The notes beneath the pieces are model-generated. The model did not search any database. It was not told the origin of the DNA and was given only the letters and a program-made list of their open reading frames with translations. The translations under genes were made by a program, and so were the position numbers. Shown here piece after piece: positions 1-17,093 of a stretch of DNA of 64,000 nt. Where the stretch lies: the NCBI RefSeq assembly GCF_009914755.1, contig NC_060933.1; one strand, 5' to 3'. How positions within the stretch are numbered: position 1 is the first letter of the stretch; each line of letters opens with the position of its first letter. This DNA comes from the human T2T-CHM13v2.0 reference genome, Homo sapiens.

Positions 1-1160
<1,160 letters not shown>

Positions 1161-1241
1161 TAGTTCTAACAGTTTTTGGAATCCTTAGGGTTTTTAACAT
1201 ATAAGACCATGTCATCTGCAAACAAAGACAATTTAACTTTT

Positions 1242-1617
1242 TTTTTTTATTTCTCCTTAAAAAAAAAAAAGGGATACATATGCAGAATGTTCAGGCTTGT
1301 TACATAGATATATGTGTACCAGGGTGGTTTGCTGCACCTATTGACCCATCCTCTAAGTTCCCTCTCCTCACCCCCGTCTCCCAACAGGCTGTGGGTTTGT
1401 GTTGTTCCCCTCTCTGTGTCCATGTGTTCTCAATGTTCAACTCTCACTCATGAGAGAGAACATGCAGTGTTTGGTTTTCTTTTCCTGTGTTAGTTTGCTG
1501 AGGATGATGGCTTCCAGCTTCATCCATGTCCCTGCAAAGGACATGATCTCATTCCTTTTTATGGCTACATACTATTCCATAGTGTATATGTACCACATTT
1601 TCTTTATCCAGTCTATC
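1242..1617 (-). mobile_element. 5'-truncated L1PA 3' end inserted into the old L1
   Basis: L1 3' UTR antisense with poly-T. TSD AGACAATTTAACTTTT at 1226 and 1618. Confidence 0.9.
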
Positions 1618-2227
1618 AGACAATTTAACTTTTTCCTTTCTGATTTGCATAACTTTTATTTCTCTCTCTTGCCTATTTTGTCTGCCTAGGACTTCCAGTA
1701 CCATGTTGAACAGAAGTAGTAAGATTGGTCATCCTTGTCTTGCTCCTAATATTTGAGAAAAAGCTTTTAGCTTTTCACCATGGAGTATGATGTTAGCTGT
1801 GGACTTATCATATATGGCCTTTATTATGTTGAGGTATATTCCTTCTATACCTAATTTGCTGATAATTTTTGTCATGAAAGGATGTTGGACTTTGTCAAAT
1901 GCTTTTTTTACATCTATTGTAATGATCATATGATATTTACCCTTCATTCTGTTAATGTGATATATCATGTTTATTGATTTGCCTATATTGAACCATCCTT
2001 GCATCTCAGAGATAAATCCCACTTCATCATGGTGTATAATCTTTTTTTTCCTGTTTGAGATGGGTTCTCACTCTGTCACCCAGGCCAGATTGCAGTGGCA
2101 TAATCACTGCACACTGCAGCCTTAACCTCTTAGTCTTAAGCAGTCCTCCCACCTCAGCCTCCAAGTAGCTGGGGCCACAGACACCTGACACCACACTTAG
2201 CTAATTTTTTTTCTTTTGTAGAGATGG

Positions 2228-4833
2228 TGTACTAGTCCATTTTCATGCTGCTGAGAAAGACATACTCAAGAGTGGGTAATTTATAAGGAAAAAGAGGTTT
2301 AATATATTCACAGTTCCATGTAGCTGAGAGCCCTCACAATCATGGTGGAAAATGAAAGGCACATCTCACATGGTGGCAGACAAGAGAAGAGAACTTGTGC
2401 AGGGAAACTCCCCTTTATAAAACCATCAGATCTCATGAAACTTATTCACTGTCACAAGAACAGCATGGGAAAAACCCATCCCCATGATTCAATTACCCAT
2501 CAGGTCCCTCCCACAACAATTGGGAATAGTGGGAGCTACAATTCAAGATGATACTTGGGTAGGGACACAGCCAAATGATATCATTCCACCCCTTGCCCCT
2601 CCCAAGTTTTATGTCCTCACATTTCAAAACGAATCATGCCTTCTCAACAGTCCCCTAAAGTCTTAACTCATTTCAGCATTAACTCAAAAGTCCACAGTCC
2701 AAAGTCTCATCTGAAACAAGGCAAGTCCCTTCCACCTATGAGCCTGTAAAGTCAAATGCAAGTTAGTTACTTCCTAGATACAATGGGAGTACAGGCATTA
2801 AATAAATACACCCATTTGAAATGGGAGGAACTGGCCAAAATGAAGGGACTAAAGGACCCATGCCAGTTCAAAATCCAGCAGGGCAGTCAAGTCTTAAAGC
2901 TCCAAAATGACCTCATTTGACTCCACTTCTCACATCCAAGGCACACTGATGTAAGGAGTGGGTTCCCATAGTCTTAGGCAGCTCTGCCCCTATGGCTTTG
3001 CAGGATACAGGCTCCCTCCCAGGCACATGGTGCAAGCTGCCAGTGTGGAGGACAGTGGCCCTCTTCTCATAGCTCTACTAGGCAAAGCTCCAGTGTTGAC
3101 TCTTTGTGGAGTCAACCTGCCCCACCTGCCCCTTCAGCACTGCCCCAACAGAGGTTCTCCATGAGCACCCCACCCCTGCAGCAAACTTCTGCCTGGACAT
3201 CCAGGCATTTCCATACATCCTCTGAAATCTAGACAGACGTTCTCAAATCTCAGTTCTTGACTTCTGTGATCCACCCAAGCTCAACACCATCTGGAAGCTG
3301 CCAAGGCTTGGGGCTTGCACTCTCTGAAACCATGGCCTGAGCTGTACCTTGGCCCCTTTTAGTCATGGCTGGAGCAGCTGGGATGGAGGGCACCCAGTCC
3401 TTAGACTGCACACAGCAAAGGAACCCTGGGGCCAGCCCACGAAACCATTTTTTCCTCTTAGGCCTTCAGGCCTGTGATGGGATGGGCCACCTCAAAGCTC
3501 TCTGACATGCCCTGGAGACATTTTCCCCATTGTACTGGTGACTAACATTCAGCTACTCATTACTTATGCAAATTTATGTGGCCAGCTTGAATTTCTCCTT
3601 AGAAAATGGGATTTTCATTTCTATCGCCCTGTAAGGCTGCAAATTTTTCAAAATTTTATGCTTTGCTTTCCTTATAAAACTGAATGGTGCCTTTAACAGC
3701 ACCCAAGTCACCTCTTGAATGTTTTGCTGCTTAGAAATTTTTTCTGCCAGATACTCTAAATCATCTCTCTCAAGCTCAAAGTTCTTCAAATCTCTAGGCC
3801 AGGGGCAAAATGTCACCAGTCTTTTTGCTAAAACATAACGAGTCACCTTTGCTCCAGTTTCCAGCAAGTTCCTCATCTCCATCTGAGATCACCTCAGCCT
3901 GGATTTCATTGTTCATATCATTATCAGCATTTTGGCCAAAGCCATTCAACAAGTCTCCAGGGAGTTCCAAACTGTCCCACATTTTCCATCTTCTTCTGAG
4001 CCCTCCTGTGTTAGTTCATTTTCATGTTGCCGATAAAGACATACCCAAGACTGGGTAATTTACAGAAGAAAGAGGTTTAATTAGACTTAAATTTCCACAT
4101 GGCTGGTGAGGCCTCACAATCATGGCAGAAGGCAAGGAGGAGCAAGTCACATCATATGTGGATGGTGGCAGGCAAAGACAGAGAGCTTGTGCAGGAAAAC
4201 TCCACCTTACAATAACCATCAGATCACATGAGATGTATTCACTACCATGAGAACAGCACAGAAAACACCTGCCCTCGTGGAGGGACAGACCCGATTCTCC
4301 CACTGGGTCCCTCCCACAACACATGCGAATTCAAGATGAGATTTGACTGGGGAAACAGCCAAACCATATCACCTCCAAATTGTTCCAATCTCTGCCTGTT
4401 ACCCAGTTCCAAAGAGGCTTCTACATTTTTGGGTATCTTTACAGCAGCGCCCCACTCTACTGTTACCAATTGACTGTATTCATCCATTTTTGCACTGCTG
4501 ATAAAGACATACTTGAGACCAGCTAATTTATAAGAAAAAAAGAGGTTTAATGGGCTCAAAGTTCCACATAGCTGGGGAGGCCTCACAATCATGGCAGAAG
4601 GTAAAATGCATGTCTCACATGGCAGCAGACAAGAAAAGAGACCTTGTGCAGGGAAACTCCCCATTACAAAACCATCAAATCTCATGAGACTTATTCACTA
4701 TCATGAGAACAGCATGGAAAGACCACCCCCATGATTCAATTACCTTCCATCAGATCCCTCCCATAACACATGAGAATTGTTGGAGCTACAATTCAAGATG
4801 AGATTTGGGTTGGGACACAGCCAAACCATATCA
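2228..4833 (-). mobile_element. Full-length THE1 (ERVL-MaLR) element: LTR 2228-2583, internal region, LTR ~4475-4833
   Basis: TG...CA-bounded LTRs ending agccaaa(t/c)(g/c)atatca; THE1 internal sequence; 5-bp TSD GATGG at 2223-2227 and 4834-4838. Confidence 0.92.
4007..4371 (-). mobile_element. THE1 solo LTR inserted inside the THE1 internal region
   Basis: Third LTR copy with its own TSD CCTCC at 4002-4006 and 4372-4376. Confidence 0.9.
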
Positions 4834-5811
4834 GATGGGGTCTCACTATGTTGCCCAGGCTGGTCTCAAAAGCCTGGCTCAAATGATCCTCACACTAATT
4901 CCATAAGTGCTGGGATTACAGGCATGAGCCACCATGCCCAGCCGTATAATCCTTTTAATGTGCTGTTGAATTCAATTTGCTGGTACTGCATTGAGAATTT
5001 TTGCATCTATGCTTATTAGAGATATTGGACTCTAATTTCCTTTCTTTGTACCACGCTTGTCTGGCCCCTTAAAATTGGACCTCATAAAATGAATTTGGAA
5101 CTGTTCCCTTCTTTTTGGTTTCTTGGAAAAGATTAATTCTTCCTTAAATGTTTGGTGGAATTCAGCAGTGAAGCCATCTGGTTCTGGACTTTCCTTTGTT
5201 GGGAGATTTTTGAGTAGTAATTCAATCTCCTTACTCATTATTGTTCTGTTCTGCTTTCCTATTTATTCATGATTCAATCTTAGTAGGTTCTATGCATCAA
5301 GTCTATCTGTTTATTCTAGGTCATCCAATTTGTTGGCATATCATTTTTTATAGTAGTCTCTTAGGATCATTTGTATTTCTGTGGTATCAATTATTAAGTC
5401 TTCTATTACAAATATTTTATTTCTGATTTTATTTCAGTCTTCTCTCTTTTTTTTCTTAGATAAGCTAAACACTTGTCAATTTCATTTACCTTTTCAAAAA
5501 TTCAACTCTTGGGTTTTTTTATCTTTTCTATTGTTGTTGTAGTCTGTTTGATTTATTCCTTCTTTAATCCCTTTTTCTGACAACTTTGGGCTTAATTTGA
5601 TATTGTTTTTCAGTTTCTTGAGGTACAAAGTCTGATTATTTAAGATCATTCATTTTTCCTAATGTAGTCATTTATTATTATAATCTTTTCTCTTAGATTT
5701 GTTATATTTATATTTATATTTGTTTCAATGTATTTGTTATTCCTCTTTTTGAACCTTCTTTAAGCCATTGGTTGTTCAGGAGTGTGTTGTTTAATTTCTA
5801 TATATTTGTAA

Positions 5812-6103
<292 letters not shown>

Positions 6104-6819
6104 CTATTTGTTAATTTTTTAGTGTTTTTCTTGTTGATTTTTAATTGCATAATGTTGTAGTCATAAGAATACTTGACATGTCAATCTTATTAAATTTGTT
6201 AAGACTTGTTTTGTGATCAAGACATGATCTCTTCTGAAGAATGTTCCACATGCACTTGAGAAGAATGTGTATTCTGCTACTCTTGGGTGGAATGTTTTAT
6301 ATATGTCTGTTAGTTTCATTTGGACTAAAGTGTAGTTCATATCCAATGTTTCCTTATTGATTTTCTGTTTTGATACCTGTCCATTTTTGAAAGTGGGATG
6401 TTGAGGTCCCCTACTAATATTGTATTTCAATCTTATCTCTCTCTTCAGATCTATTAATATTTGCTTTATATATTTAGGTTCTATGATGGGTGCATATATA
6501 TTTACAATTGTTATCTCTGTCAGTAAAGTATTCTTCATTGTGAATGTTTTTCTTTCAGCATTTTGAATATATTATCCCACTGTCTCATGGCTTGCAAGGT
6601 TTATTCTGAGAAATCCACTGATAGTCTGATGAAGATTCCCTTGAAGATGGCAAGTCTCTTCTCCTGTGGCTTTCAAAATTCTGCTTCTGATTTTTGGCAA
6701 CTTAATTATAATGTATCTCGGTGGAGTCCTCTTTGGGTTGAACTGATTTGGAAGCCTTTAAGCCTCATGTATGTGGATGTCCATCTCTCCCACAGTTGGG
6801 GAAGTTTTAGGCCGTTATT

Positions 6820-7433
<614 letters not shown>

Positions 7434-9143
7434 CCACTATTTCTTTAAATAAGCTTTCTTCTCTATTTTCTCCTTCTGTGATCATGATTTAAATATTATT
7501 TCTCTTGACAGTGTTCCATAAGTTCCATCAGCTTTTTTAACTTCTTTTCATCCTTTTTTTTTTCTCCTCTGACTCCACAGTTTCAAATGATGTTACAGAA
7601 TTTTTTATTTCATGGATTCTTTTTTCTGCCTGATCAAGTCTGCTGTTGATGCTCTATTGCACTTTCTATTATATTCACTGTATTCATTAGCTCTACAATT
7701 TTTCATTTTTTAATGATTTTTGATTTTTGTATGATTTGTATCTCTTTGTTGAACTTCTCATTCTTTTCATGAATTGTTTTTCTGTTTTCATTGAGTGGTA
7801 TATCTGTGTTCTCTTTTAGCTTGCTGAGCTTTCTTAAAACAATTATTTTGAATTTTTTGTCAGGTTATTCATATACCTCCATTACTTTGGGAGTCACTTA
7901 TTGGAAAATTACTGTGTTCCTCTGGTGTTATCATGTTTCCTTGATTGTTTTATTTATTTTTTCTTGTTCCTTTCAGCCTTGCATTGCTGTCTTCACATCT
8001 GAAGAAACAATAACCTCCCCCAGTATGTAGTGGCTGGCTTTGGGAAAGAAACATCTTCACCAGTCAGCCCAGCTAGTGATTCTGAGGCTGTCTCAGTACT
8101 TTTCTTTGGATGTGCGCACTCTACTCCTCTAGTTTCCTCTTGGAGGTTTGCGGGGAGTCTAAGATTATATGCCTTTTTTCATCTTGCAAAGGCCAGGCTG
8201 GGTTTTAACAGCCTCCACTTTCCTGAATCAAGTTGACTGACTGGAAATGATTGTAAACCATCTACAAAGACTCACATTTGCTATATGGCAGGGGCATGTG
8301 CAGTGAGTCAGCCACAGGGGAGGGAGAGAGGAGCTGTGCAGAGTATTAGGAGCACCTGCAGGACAGTAAGGGAAGATGGTGTACAGGCAAGTCATCCCAA
8401 GTGGTTAATAGAAGGCCTCCTAATAAAGTTCAAGAAGCAGTTAGTAGGCTACCCAGCGCTTTAATTTTGAGCCCTGGTTGCTGTGAGTTCCCACCTCTCT
8501 TCTCTGTTCCCAGCCTTTCCAGCCACTCAGCCATGCTGATCCACTCAGTATTCCGGGTGGACCAAGAAAAAAGTGGGCCTCTTGGGCAGCATTCTGTACA
8601 TCTGGTGAACCTAGGCATTCATTCACTACATTCTCACTTTCCTCCATGGGAGAAATAATGGACTAAGGAGGTCTCTCTCGGCACCAAGCTGTGCTGCCTT
8701 GGGGAAGAGATGATGCAGATAAAGTATTTCTTACCCTTTTCAATGCACCTATTCTCAGAAAATTTGCTCCAACAGTGTCCTAGAACTTCTCTGCTAGACT
8801 TCCAGACTGCCACAAAGGGACTCTCTGTGGGTGATTGTCAATGTCAGTGCACTATAGGGAAACGAGGGTAGAAAACTCCTCTTCTGCCATCTTGCTGATG
8901 TCACTGCAGAGTTGTTGGATTTCTTGTTATCTCCAGCCTCACATTCAAACTACCATACTACATAGTCTGGGACTTGTGAGTAGAAATGTTTCTCTCAAGT
9001 ATTCACTGACTTGCCTTTCCAACGTCTTTGGTTGTGCCTCAGTTCTTTAATGTTACCATTATTGAAAGGGGCTGTTCAAGGGAACCAATGTGTTAGGCAG
9101 GCATATTCTTCTTGCTTAGCCATAAATAATGGCCTCATCATAG

Positions 9144-9480
<337 letters not shown>

Positions 9481-9639
9481 CCTCTGTGTTTAAGGAAAAA
9501 AAAATGCTTTTCTTCTTCTCTCCCTGCCCTTCATCCCCTCTCATTATATCTCTTTGCACTAGCCATGGAGCCATTACATATCTAAAAAGTGTTTTCTGAC
9601 AAAGAGAAGAAATAATTTTAAATTCCCAATGCTACATAG

Positions 9640-10121
9640 GAGGAATGTGTCATCTGCAAAATAAAGCCCACATTCCTAAACTTAGCACATATCCAGCTCT
9701 TGATTGCTTTTCCAACCTTATCCAATACTAAGTCCCTGAATGAATGCCATACCATATTTTTCTCAGGAAGCACCAGGGTATTTTCTCATCTTCAGGTCAT
9801 TTTTCACACACACATGTTATCTGCCTTGAATGCCATTTCCCATCTCATCTGCTTGATAATGTCCTTTTCATTCCTCAAGACCCAGCTCAAGGGCCTTCTA
9901 TGTGAAGTGTTTCCAAAATCACCTAAAAAGCATTCATCAGTTCTTTCAGTGTGTAGTCTATTATAACCTATTGCTCTTATATCCTATATTTAATTTTTTC
10001 CTCACTATATCATGCATTCCCAATTATATATTGTCTTATTCTTTTCAAATCCAGAACCTACCACAGCATCCACTTAAATAGCAGTCTTCTACTAATGAAT
10101 GAATGAATGAATGAATGAATG
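9640..10121 (+). mobile_element. L2 3' fragment ending in (GAAT)n
   Basis: L2-like sequence (tcattcctcaagacccagctcaa) and the typical tgaatgaat terminus at 10096-10121. Confidence 0.65.
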
Positions 10122-11973
10122 AGAATCTATATTCCCTCTGGACCCAAATGAAATTTTAAAATTACTTTAGGCCTTTCTCGTGAGACCTAAAAGGCTAGCA
10201 AGCTTGCATCATCATTATTGAAAGCACGTAGGCTATCTGATTCCACGCGGAGAAAATTAAAATAACAAAAGCAAAGATATTATCCATTAGGAAACTTGTG
10301 TAGTGCTGAGGCTGTGATATTTATCTTGCTCACTCCTAATTTTTTCAGATCCCTCACATCAGAGAAGCTAAGATCTTCCTTTGCCTTATCTCTGAATAAA
10401 TTAAATTTCTGATTAGAGCCAATGGAAGGTTTTGCCCAAAGGAGATTTTAAAAATGAGAAAATTCTTGCAGGAGTGATTTCAAAGCTAAGTCCTCAACTG
10501 CAACAGGACAATATGTCACTGAGCTTTAAATTTAATAAAGGATCTGTAGCCCACACTTGTCCTTCTTAGAGTAATAGGGTGAGTGCTCTGGGAATCTTGC
10601 CAAATGCCCCAACTCTAAAATCCAGGTCTCCGTGGATACATAGAAAGACTAAGTGGTTTTCTACCATTTTAACCATTCAAATTATCATTACACAGTAATA
10701 ACTGCTCTTTCTAGTTCTGTATGACCCAGAAACTTAACCAATATGTCTATACTTGTTTAGTCAAATCACTTGTAACAGACCAAGGAAGAGTTAAAAAAGA
10801 TTTAGAAAAGATAAAAATAATTTCACTTCTGGAGTAGCAGTTGTTTGAGAGGGATCCATAGATTTGCCATATTAAGTATAGTTCTGCTAGTTTCTTAGAT
10901 AAAGGGAAATTTTCCAACTGTGGAATAAGAAAAGATGATAGAAAGAAAGGTGTCTTCAGAAAAATAGACTTCCTAGTGGCACTTTGCCAGACATGTTTCT
11001 ATCTGATTCAGTTTTCAATAGCTAGACAAACAGTCCTTTCCTGGATCCTGAGAAGAGGGATTGTCAATACCCAAAGATCAAAAACAGCTTGCCCATAAAT
11101 CTATATAAAGTATAGTCAGTGTGGCTACAAGGCAGTATAGTTAAATTAGAAAGCCCTGAAAAGTATTTTGGTAAACACCATTAAACACTGTAAATTATTT
11201 ATAATAAGCAAATTATTAAAAACCAGAAATATTGTTCAGTGAGATCACTAACCCAGTATCCACATAGCCAGATAAGTGTTCGGTTTCCACAAACAACTGG
11301 GAGTTCTTAGCAAACAGTCTGTGAAAAAGTATAACCTTATTGAAAGAGACACAAAAAGCAGAAGAAGATTGACACATAAAGATTAGGAAGCTCTTATTAG
11401 ACAATTGTAGAGCTTAAGGTATTTGGCCCTCCAAGAAGAGTTGCTTACATAGCTATGTAAGGCAATATAGAAATGTGAAATCACAAAGAGATTTATAAAC
11501 CAGAAAAGAACAAATCAATAAACAGCAAGAGATAAAGGAGAGAAATCTCACATTTAAAAAATAAGTAGTAAATATATTGAGAACCTAATACGCCTGCATA
11601 TACTACTAGAGACATATTCATTTATGCAAAACTGATTATTAAGGACCTAATGAAAGGAATGGTTTCTATGAACCAAGGATTTTATCAGATTCTAATAAGG
11701 GAAACCAGTAGTTTAAGAGTTATGCCTATAGATAGGCCTAAGCCAATTATTTTAAAAATTTGTGTTTAGTTCACCCTTTGTGTGAATCTAGTTATGTTCA
11801 TTAATTCATTTGTGTCTACAGTACTCAAAGAATCCTATTCAGGTGTGAAAGGAGAAACATTTTTGTCCAACTAGATATATAACCATCTAATTTGGGTGAC
11901 TTGGCAGTAATAGAGGAGACAAGGTCTTTCATAACAGTTGCACTAGTCAATTCCTTGTGTCTGAACCGAAACC

Positions 11974-12189
11974 AAGGATGGTCAATCTCAGAACTTTTGG
12001 CATTTTGGATTGGTTATTCTTTTGTGAAAAGAGGTGCCCTATGTATTGTAGGATATTTAACAGCCTCTCTGGCTAGTAGTATGCATGCACATTCATGCAC
12101 ATGCACACAACGCACACACACACAGTTTTGTCAACCAAAAATGTCTCTGGGAGGGCAGGTTGCAAAATTGTCCCTTGTTGAGGAACACT
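11974..12189 (-). mobile_element. MER20 (hAT-Charlie) DNA transposon fossil
   Basis: Matches recalled MER20 antisense motifs (cattttgg..., tgtaggatatttaacagc, caaccaaaaatgtctct, aaaattgtcc...ttgaggaacact). Confidence 0.75.
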
Positions 12190-13447
12190 AAGAATAAATA
12201 AATTTTAGATCTTATTTGAACATTGCCTAGCAAATAGCGGTAATAATTGCTACTGCACATACTAACCTTGGAGCATTTCAAGTTTAAGTTTTCGAATTTC
12301 TTAATCTCTTTAAATCAGATTTCCAAAGGTGACTTTGATTTTTCCAATGTCATTATATACTTGCATGCAGGAAGTTATTAGTCACCTTAAACTGTCAGTG
12401 TTAAAATAAAATCTCTCCAAATTTCTCCACCACAAAATAAGAGTGTGTATGGGCACAAGAGAGAGAAAGAAGTGCATGGCTTTTTGTTTGTTCATTTTTT
12501 TTAAATACACATATGCATTTGGAAAAAGCATTTCTCTTCACCCTCTGAGGAACATTACAATCAACTCTTGTCATTCCAACAAATATGTCCTTTATTGTTG
12601 AAAATAATTCAAACCGCAAAGGAAGAGATGGGCCTGTACTCTTATAAGCACTTTTAATCTATGTAAAGTTAGGTTTAATTGATTCACTTGTTGATTCATA
12701 CAGGGTCTCCACATTGGTGTCTGGAGCAGCTTGAACAGGGAGGGAAAAAAATAAAAATATCGAAAGTACTGTCCTCATCGCAGAGTTGATTGCAGTGATC
12801 AACTACCAGTTATATGATTTTGATGAAAATGGCTCCTAAAGAGGAATTCTTGTAAGAATACTGAAAACCATAGTTACATTGTGGCATTCCAGAAACAATT
12901 AGAATGTTATTGCGGTTTTCTGAATGGCCAAGTCTGTGGAGGAGGTGGCCATTCATGCCTTCTCCAACATTTCTCTGACACTACCTCTTTTCTATGGGTT
13001 TGTGAAAGATTTCTGAATCCAAATCTTCTCCAAGACTGTATCAGTATCCCTATCCTGAGACTTTCATGTGAGGCTGTTTGTGTCTTGGATGAGCAAGTAA
13101 CACTATTTTATGATATTAAGCCCTATACTCTACAAGGTTCCCTTTAATTTGAATGTCTGTTCACCTGGGCTCTGATACATCCACATAGCACACAACAACC
13201 AACTAAGAAAAACCTGTACTCTTTGTTCTACAACCTGAGGTTAATGATGCACCAGAGTACTTGCACATGGCATTTGTAATTGGTCTCATTGGCATTTGAC
13301 TGTCTTCTTATCGAAATGCATTTTGACTTTACTTGACCCTCTTATTCTCCTTGATTGGTTAGACCATCAGGGAGAACCTTGACCATGTTCTAGTTTTAGA
13401 ACCCAGTCGTTGTACTGACCACTTAGTGAACACAAATCTGTACCTTT

Positions 13448-13815
13448 TGATATAGTTTGGCTGTGTCCCCACCCAAATCTCATCTTGAATTAAAGTTCTC
13501 ATAATCCCCACATGTGGTGGGAGGGACCCAGTGGGAGATAATTGAATCATGGGGGCATTTTCCTCCATGCTATTCTCGTGATAGCAAGTAAGTTCTCATG
13601 ATATCTGATCATTTTATAAGAAGCTTCCCCCTTTGCTTGGCTCTGATTCTTCTCTCTCCTGCTGCCATGTGAAGAAGGATGTGTTTGCTTCCCCCTCTGC
13701 CATGATTGTAAGTTTCCTGAGGCCTCCTAAGCCATGTGGAACTGTGAGTCAGTTAAACCTCTTTCCTTTATAAATTACCCAGTCTTGAGTATTTCTTCAT
13801 AGCAGCATGAGAACA
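13448..13815 (+). mobile_element. THE1 solo LTR
   Basis: Starts tgatatagtttggctgtgtccccacccaaatctcatcttgaatt. Confidence 0.9.
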
Positions 13816-13888
13816 GCACACAAAGGCATGTGATTCACCTTAAAATTCAAAATTCTGAGTCCTAAATCGTCTTATTTTTACTATACTT

Positions 13889-14462
13889 TATGGCAAATTG
13901 CATTTTCCAAAGATGGCAGCAGTATCTCCCATCACACATGCTCTCCTGAAACATCACCACTTCCCCATCAAGAGGTCAAGTCTATTTCCCCTCCTCTTGA
14001 CCATGGGCAGGTCTTTGTGACTGCTTCAACCAATGAAATACAATAAAAGAAATTCTTTGGGACTTTCCAGAGTAGATCATAAAAACGTCATACATTTCTG
14101 CCTTGTTCTCTATGGATACTCACTATTGGGAACCCAGCCACCATGCTCTGAAGAAGCTCAAGCAGTCCATGGAGAGACTTGTGTGCAAAGAACTGAAAAC
14201 CCTGGTCGACAACACTAGCTGAATTCCTAGCTAACAATCAGCATCTACTTGTAATTGAGTCATCTTGAAAGTAGATCCTCTATTTCCTGGGTTAACTTAC
14301 TCAACCAACACCAAAAAGCATAAAGACAAGCCTGAGAAGAGACTATTTGAACCCTACCCAAATTGCAGATTTATGGCAAAATAAAAGATTGATGTTGTCT
14401 GAAGCCAGTGAATTTTGGGGTAGCAAATAGCAATAGATACAGCAATAGATATAACTGATACA
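13889..14462 (+). mobile_element. MLT1 (G/H-like) LTR
   Basis: ttttccaaagatggc...ccatcaagagg near the start; ends gcaatagat...aactgataca. Confidence 0.75.
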
Positions 14463-14557
14463 TACTTTATTATTTTAAGACTTAGCAAGTATTCTCAAAA
14501 TATAATGAATTATAGGAATTTCTCCAGATAAAACATTTGAACAAGCACAATGTAAGC

Positions 14558-14883
<326 letters not shown>

Positions 14884-16732
14884 TGTAAGCATTTTCAAAT
14901 GAGGTTTATTATAAGATTATTTACATTAAAGAAAAAAAAAATTTTTAAAAGATGCTCAACAATTACGCACCATGTAAATAATATATGGCACATTTACGCA
15001 ATTGTGCATAGTGGGCCACTGTTTTAACAGATGACTTTTGTAGTATATTAAGATAGAAATTTTTAACTAGTAACCAAAACAGCAGATTTTAAAACAGTAT
15101 GCATACAATGATTAAATTTTTATGACATGTATTAGTGTGTGAATATGTATATTTATAAAAAGGAAAAAGTCTTCAAATCTATACTCCAAAATATGTACAA
15201 AGGTTACTTCTGTGTGAGAGGTGTATGTTATTTTTATGTTCTTTCCTGCTTATCTGAATATTCTACTTTTTCTTCACTAATCATGGTTTTAAATAATTTT
15301 TAAAACTAAATCAATCGAAGGGTTCCCTTTATAATTTTAGTGCAGGGTAAAGGATTGTGCCAGACCATCTTTGTCTGTACTTGTGTTTCCAGAAAGTGAA
15401 TTAGCCTGCAGCATATTCAAATGCATACCAGGTGAGTAGTGCCATAACAGGATTCCTCTCTAATTCCTGATGTTTTATTTTCCCCTATTTAATTTTCCAG
15501 AGCCTCCAGATCAGGAGGATACAAATTCCTTTCCTTTCCAGAGTAGGAACCAGGAGGCCAGCAGCATAAATGCAAGCAAAGAAACTTCTTCATGTGTGAA
15601 GGATTAGGGGCTGGCAGCAATAGTAGCAGCAATAATGCCAACATTGAGTGTGATTTTTGAAAATCTCTGTCACTATGGGGAAAGGGATTCAAGTGATTGA
15701 CTATTTCATGTGGAAGAAAAGGTTAATTCTTTCTTTGCATCTGAAAGGGCAAGTTTGGATAAAGCCCTAGATGATGGGAAAAGAGAAGAAGAAATTGGCC
15801 CCTCAAATAAGTCAACCTTTCCAACCCTATTTAAAACCAGCTTGCAGAAGTAGGTTTTCCCACTTCATTGTGTACACTCTGCCTTGTTTCCTTATCTTCT
15901 GTCTTCGAAAATTAAATTCAAAAACTGTGTGCTACACCTTCCCCCAGTTGCACTAAGAGCCCACATTATTGGTGCATCAGCTCATCAGTCCTCTGGGCTT
16001 CGAACAGATGTTTGTGTAGGGTATGGGGGTGGAGGTGGAGGGATGTCCTACCACCAGTCCTATAAACTGAACTTAAAGCTTATGCTTTTCAAGAAAAACA
16101 TTTCAGCCACATGATTTAAATGGTTGTCATGGGAGTGGCAATCTCATTCACTTTGAAAAGAATTGAAAAGGTGGCTGCTATACTTTCCTATCTCCTCTTC
16201 CCTTCTCCTCTTCTGAAAGGGACTTCTTATTGAAATTATCTGCTACAAAACACAGCAAAGTCTCACTTTTCTATTCCCACATGGGCTGCAGTTCAGCTGA
16301 AATCATCTGACCTGGTGTCACAGCCAAGCCTTGAAGACTCTACATTATATGTCTGTAAGCAGAATTTGTCCTGGTGGCCTGTTATGGATCAAAAAGGAAT
16401 GAAATGAAAGGGCTCAGGGTTAGCTAAAATGCATTAACTGGGGTAGGTTGCCTGCCTGGGTGATTATCACAACAGAAGATTTTCCCAGCCACATGTAGAT
16501 CAGTGTCAGTCTCTCTAATTTGGAGACATAAGGTAGAAAAGAAGACCAGAGAATGACATTTGCAAATTGCTTATTGACTTTAAAGTGGCCTAAGTCATTA
16601 CCAAGTACCAGGCAAGGAATGTACACATTTCACAGGGAAGCTTTGGAATGCTGGGTTTTGAGATTTTATTCTTGCTCCACCACTTACTAGATGTATGAGT
16701 ATATGCTAAATAACTAATTAATTCTTACCCTA

Positions 16733-17093
16733 TGTGATGTTTAAGTTTTTGCATGTCAGCTTATCTGGGCCACCAGATGCCCAAATATTTGGTGAAACAT
16801 TATTTGGAGTATGCTTATGAGGCTGTTTCTGGATGAGATTAACATTTGAATTGGTAACAAGAGTAAAGCAGATTGCCCTCGTTAGTATGGGGGAGGGGCT
16901 CATCTAATCAACTAAAGACCTGAATAAAACAAAAGGGCTGAGTAAGATGAAACTTCTTCTGCCTGACTGCTTTAGCTGAAACAATGGCCTTTTCCTGCTT
17001 TCAGTCTCAGACTTACATCATGGGTTCTCCTGGTTCTCAGACCTTCAGATTTGGACTGGAACTTACACTGTTGGTTCTTCTGCGTCTCCAGCT
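16733..17093 (+). mobile_element. MLT2 (ERVL) LTR, partial
   Basis: gtttctggatgagattaacatttgaattgg...agtaaagcagattgccctc is the MLT2 signature. Confidence 0.8.

Larger units (their letters stand above)
2042..4943 (-). mobile_element. AluJ split by a THE1 element (Alu parts 2042-2227 and 4834-4943)
   Basis: Alu right arm before and left arm after the LTR element. Alu TSD GTATAATC(T/C)TTT at ~2033 and 4944. Confidence 0.88.
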
